A DNA stretch of 64,000 nucleotides, taken from positions 930,001 to 994,000 of the forward strand of contig AP026128.1 in the NCBI GenBank assembly GCA_030295235.1, read 5' to 3'. Below the pieces are notes generated by a model. That model did no database searches. It saw only the letters and a list, made by a program, of their open reading frames with translations, and was not told the DNA's origin. The translations under genes were made by a program, and so were the position numbers. Position 1 is the first letter of the stretch; every line of letters begins with the position of its first letter. Positions 62,349 through 64,000 of this stretch are shown piece by piece. The stretch comes from Fistulifera solaris. Its lineage: Eukaryota.

Positions 62349-62936
62349 TCATCGTTGCCCTAACTTTCCTGATGACAGTACCTTATCGAAGTCGGGCTAT
62401 TAGACAGCATAATACCGTTTCTTGTGAACTTCTTAGCTATCTAGATCTAGCACCTAGCTTTTCGTCAATCCGTCATCCGACGGTTGATCGCGGTAAATTG
62501 TAAACTGCCCACACTTCGAACTTCGAAATGCCGTTCAACGTTCAACTAACCTTATAATCAAAATGTTAACTGACCGCTCATTCAACCAGCGAAGATGTGA
62601 GAGGCAGGGTTCCTTTTCCGTACGAATTCCACCGAAATTCCTGGAATTCGAGTGGCAGATGGGCGAAACAAAACAGCTCTTCATGTACAATATGAGCTAT
62701 AGTACTTCCAGTTACGTATGTCGCTTACGGACAATGACCTATGCTTCAAGAAAGGACGAGAAGAGTTCCGTCAAAGCGAAATAATTGACATCCATCGGAG
62801 CCTCTTTACCAGGTAATTGTATTGTTGTTGATTGTTCTCGGTGTCGTTGAAATCAATTCTGATCCCTTTGACATCATTAATTCAGTAGTTTCATCTTTTG
62901 TTTATATCCTGTTCCTTTGAATCGAGCTAAAGAACC

Positions 62937-64000
62937 ATGACACGGAAAGATTTGCCGTCATCCTGTCCCGAAACGCTCTCAACGTCTCCAGCCAAATTTG
63001 ATCTCCCAATATACTGGGATGGCCTGGCCAAATCGGCGTACGGTTCAACGTACGCCTTTTTACCGGATTTTACGGAACATCCGAAACCAAAACGACGACC
63101 GACGGTGCAAGTTTCAAAACCAGAATTGTCGAATTCGAATCAAGAGGACGATGTCACGTTCTTTCACGACTTTGTTGCAGGAGGTGTAGCGGGATGCGCT
63201 TCTGTCATTGTGGGTCACCCTTTTGATTCCATGAAAGTACGACAACAAACGAATGCTACGGGAACAGCGTCGTTACGTTCGCTCTTTCGGGGCATGTCGG
63301 CTCCGTTGAGTGCAGCTACGGCGATCAATGCCGTCGTCTTTGGGAGTTACGGGGGAGCCAGTCGCTTCTATGACGAATACATTCAGGCTCCTCAAGAAAC
63401 GGATTTGAATCATGATCCCTGGCAAAAAAGTTGGGTATGTGGTAGTTTCGCTGGTATGGTACAATGTGTCATCATCGCACCGATGGAGCATGTCAAACTA
63501 AGAGTTCAAACGTCCGCCGAGTTGAAAGGTTCACGGCAAGCCGTTTCGCTCATTGTCAAAAACTATGGAGTACCAAAGTTGTTTCAAGGGTGGTGGAGTA
63601 CGTTTCTGCGCGAAGTGCCGGCATTCGGTCTTTATTTTGCCTCCTATGACTATATGAAAGACGCTTGCTTGACCTATTTGTCCGGAGGCGACAGCAGTGC
63701 CGAAGCCGCTGCTCAAATGAATTCCAGTCACGCTTGGCTAGCTTCCGCCATGGCCGGTGGCTCTGCGGGATGTCTCACGTGGGGCTTTGTTTACCCAATC
63801 GACGTGATAAAGGTACGTTTGTGTCGAGAATGCTGTTTGCCTACTGTATATTGACTTCGAGAGAACGTTTTGACTAACACTTTATTTGTTTCTCTCGCTC
63901 TTTTCGCACAGACTCATATTCAGATTGCACCTCTTGACAAACCTGCACCACGAATCTTGACGACGGCGCAAAAGATCATTCAAACAGCTGGATACCGAGC
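62937..64000 (+). CDS. Mitochondrial carrier (SLC25, carnitine/basic amino acid-like), intron from 63813, runs off the window
   Basis: GHPFDSMKVRQQ, PMEHVKLRVQ, YPIDVIK; REVPAFGLYF. Confidence 0.9.

Overview
Gene-dense eukaryotic DNA, by inference from a pennate diatom (fucoxanthin-type LHC, bipartite plastid presequences with ASAF/VSAF, PH-domain DGAT1, short GT-AG introns). About 35 protein genes are readable. Many are broken by 1-bp indels at homopolymers, which I treat as assembly errors. Main points: (1) an apparent 8-TM microbial rhodopsin that keeps the Schiff-base Lys, fused to PAS-like, histidine kinase, receiver and HPt domains (356-3497); (2) three related intergenic arrays of double-palindrome monomers, one with a 148-bp higher-order repeat that appears to split a copy of (3) a dispersed 21-bp palindrome CACGACTG-N5-CAGTCRTG seen about 10 times; (4) selenoprotein T with an atypical SECIS-like hairpin; (5) a 354-bp MITE with perfect 26-bp TIRs; (6) a bacterial-type intronless CBM6-GH5-CBM6 gene; (7) a COX23-like gene abutting a HAD hydrolase whose presequence has no ATG. 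All calls come from motif recognition by eye; no searches were run.
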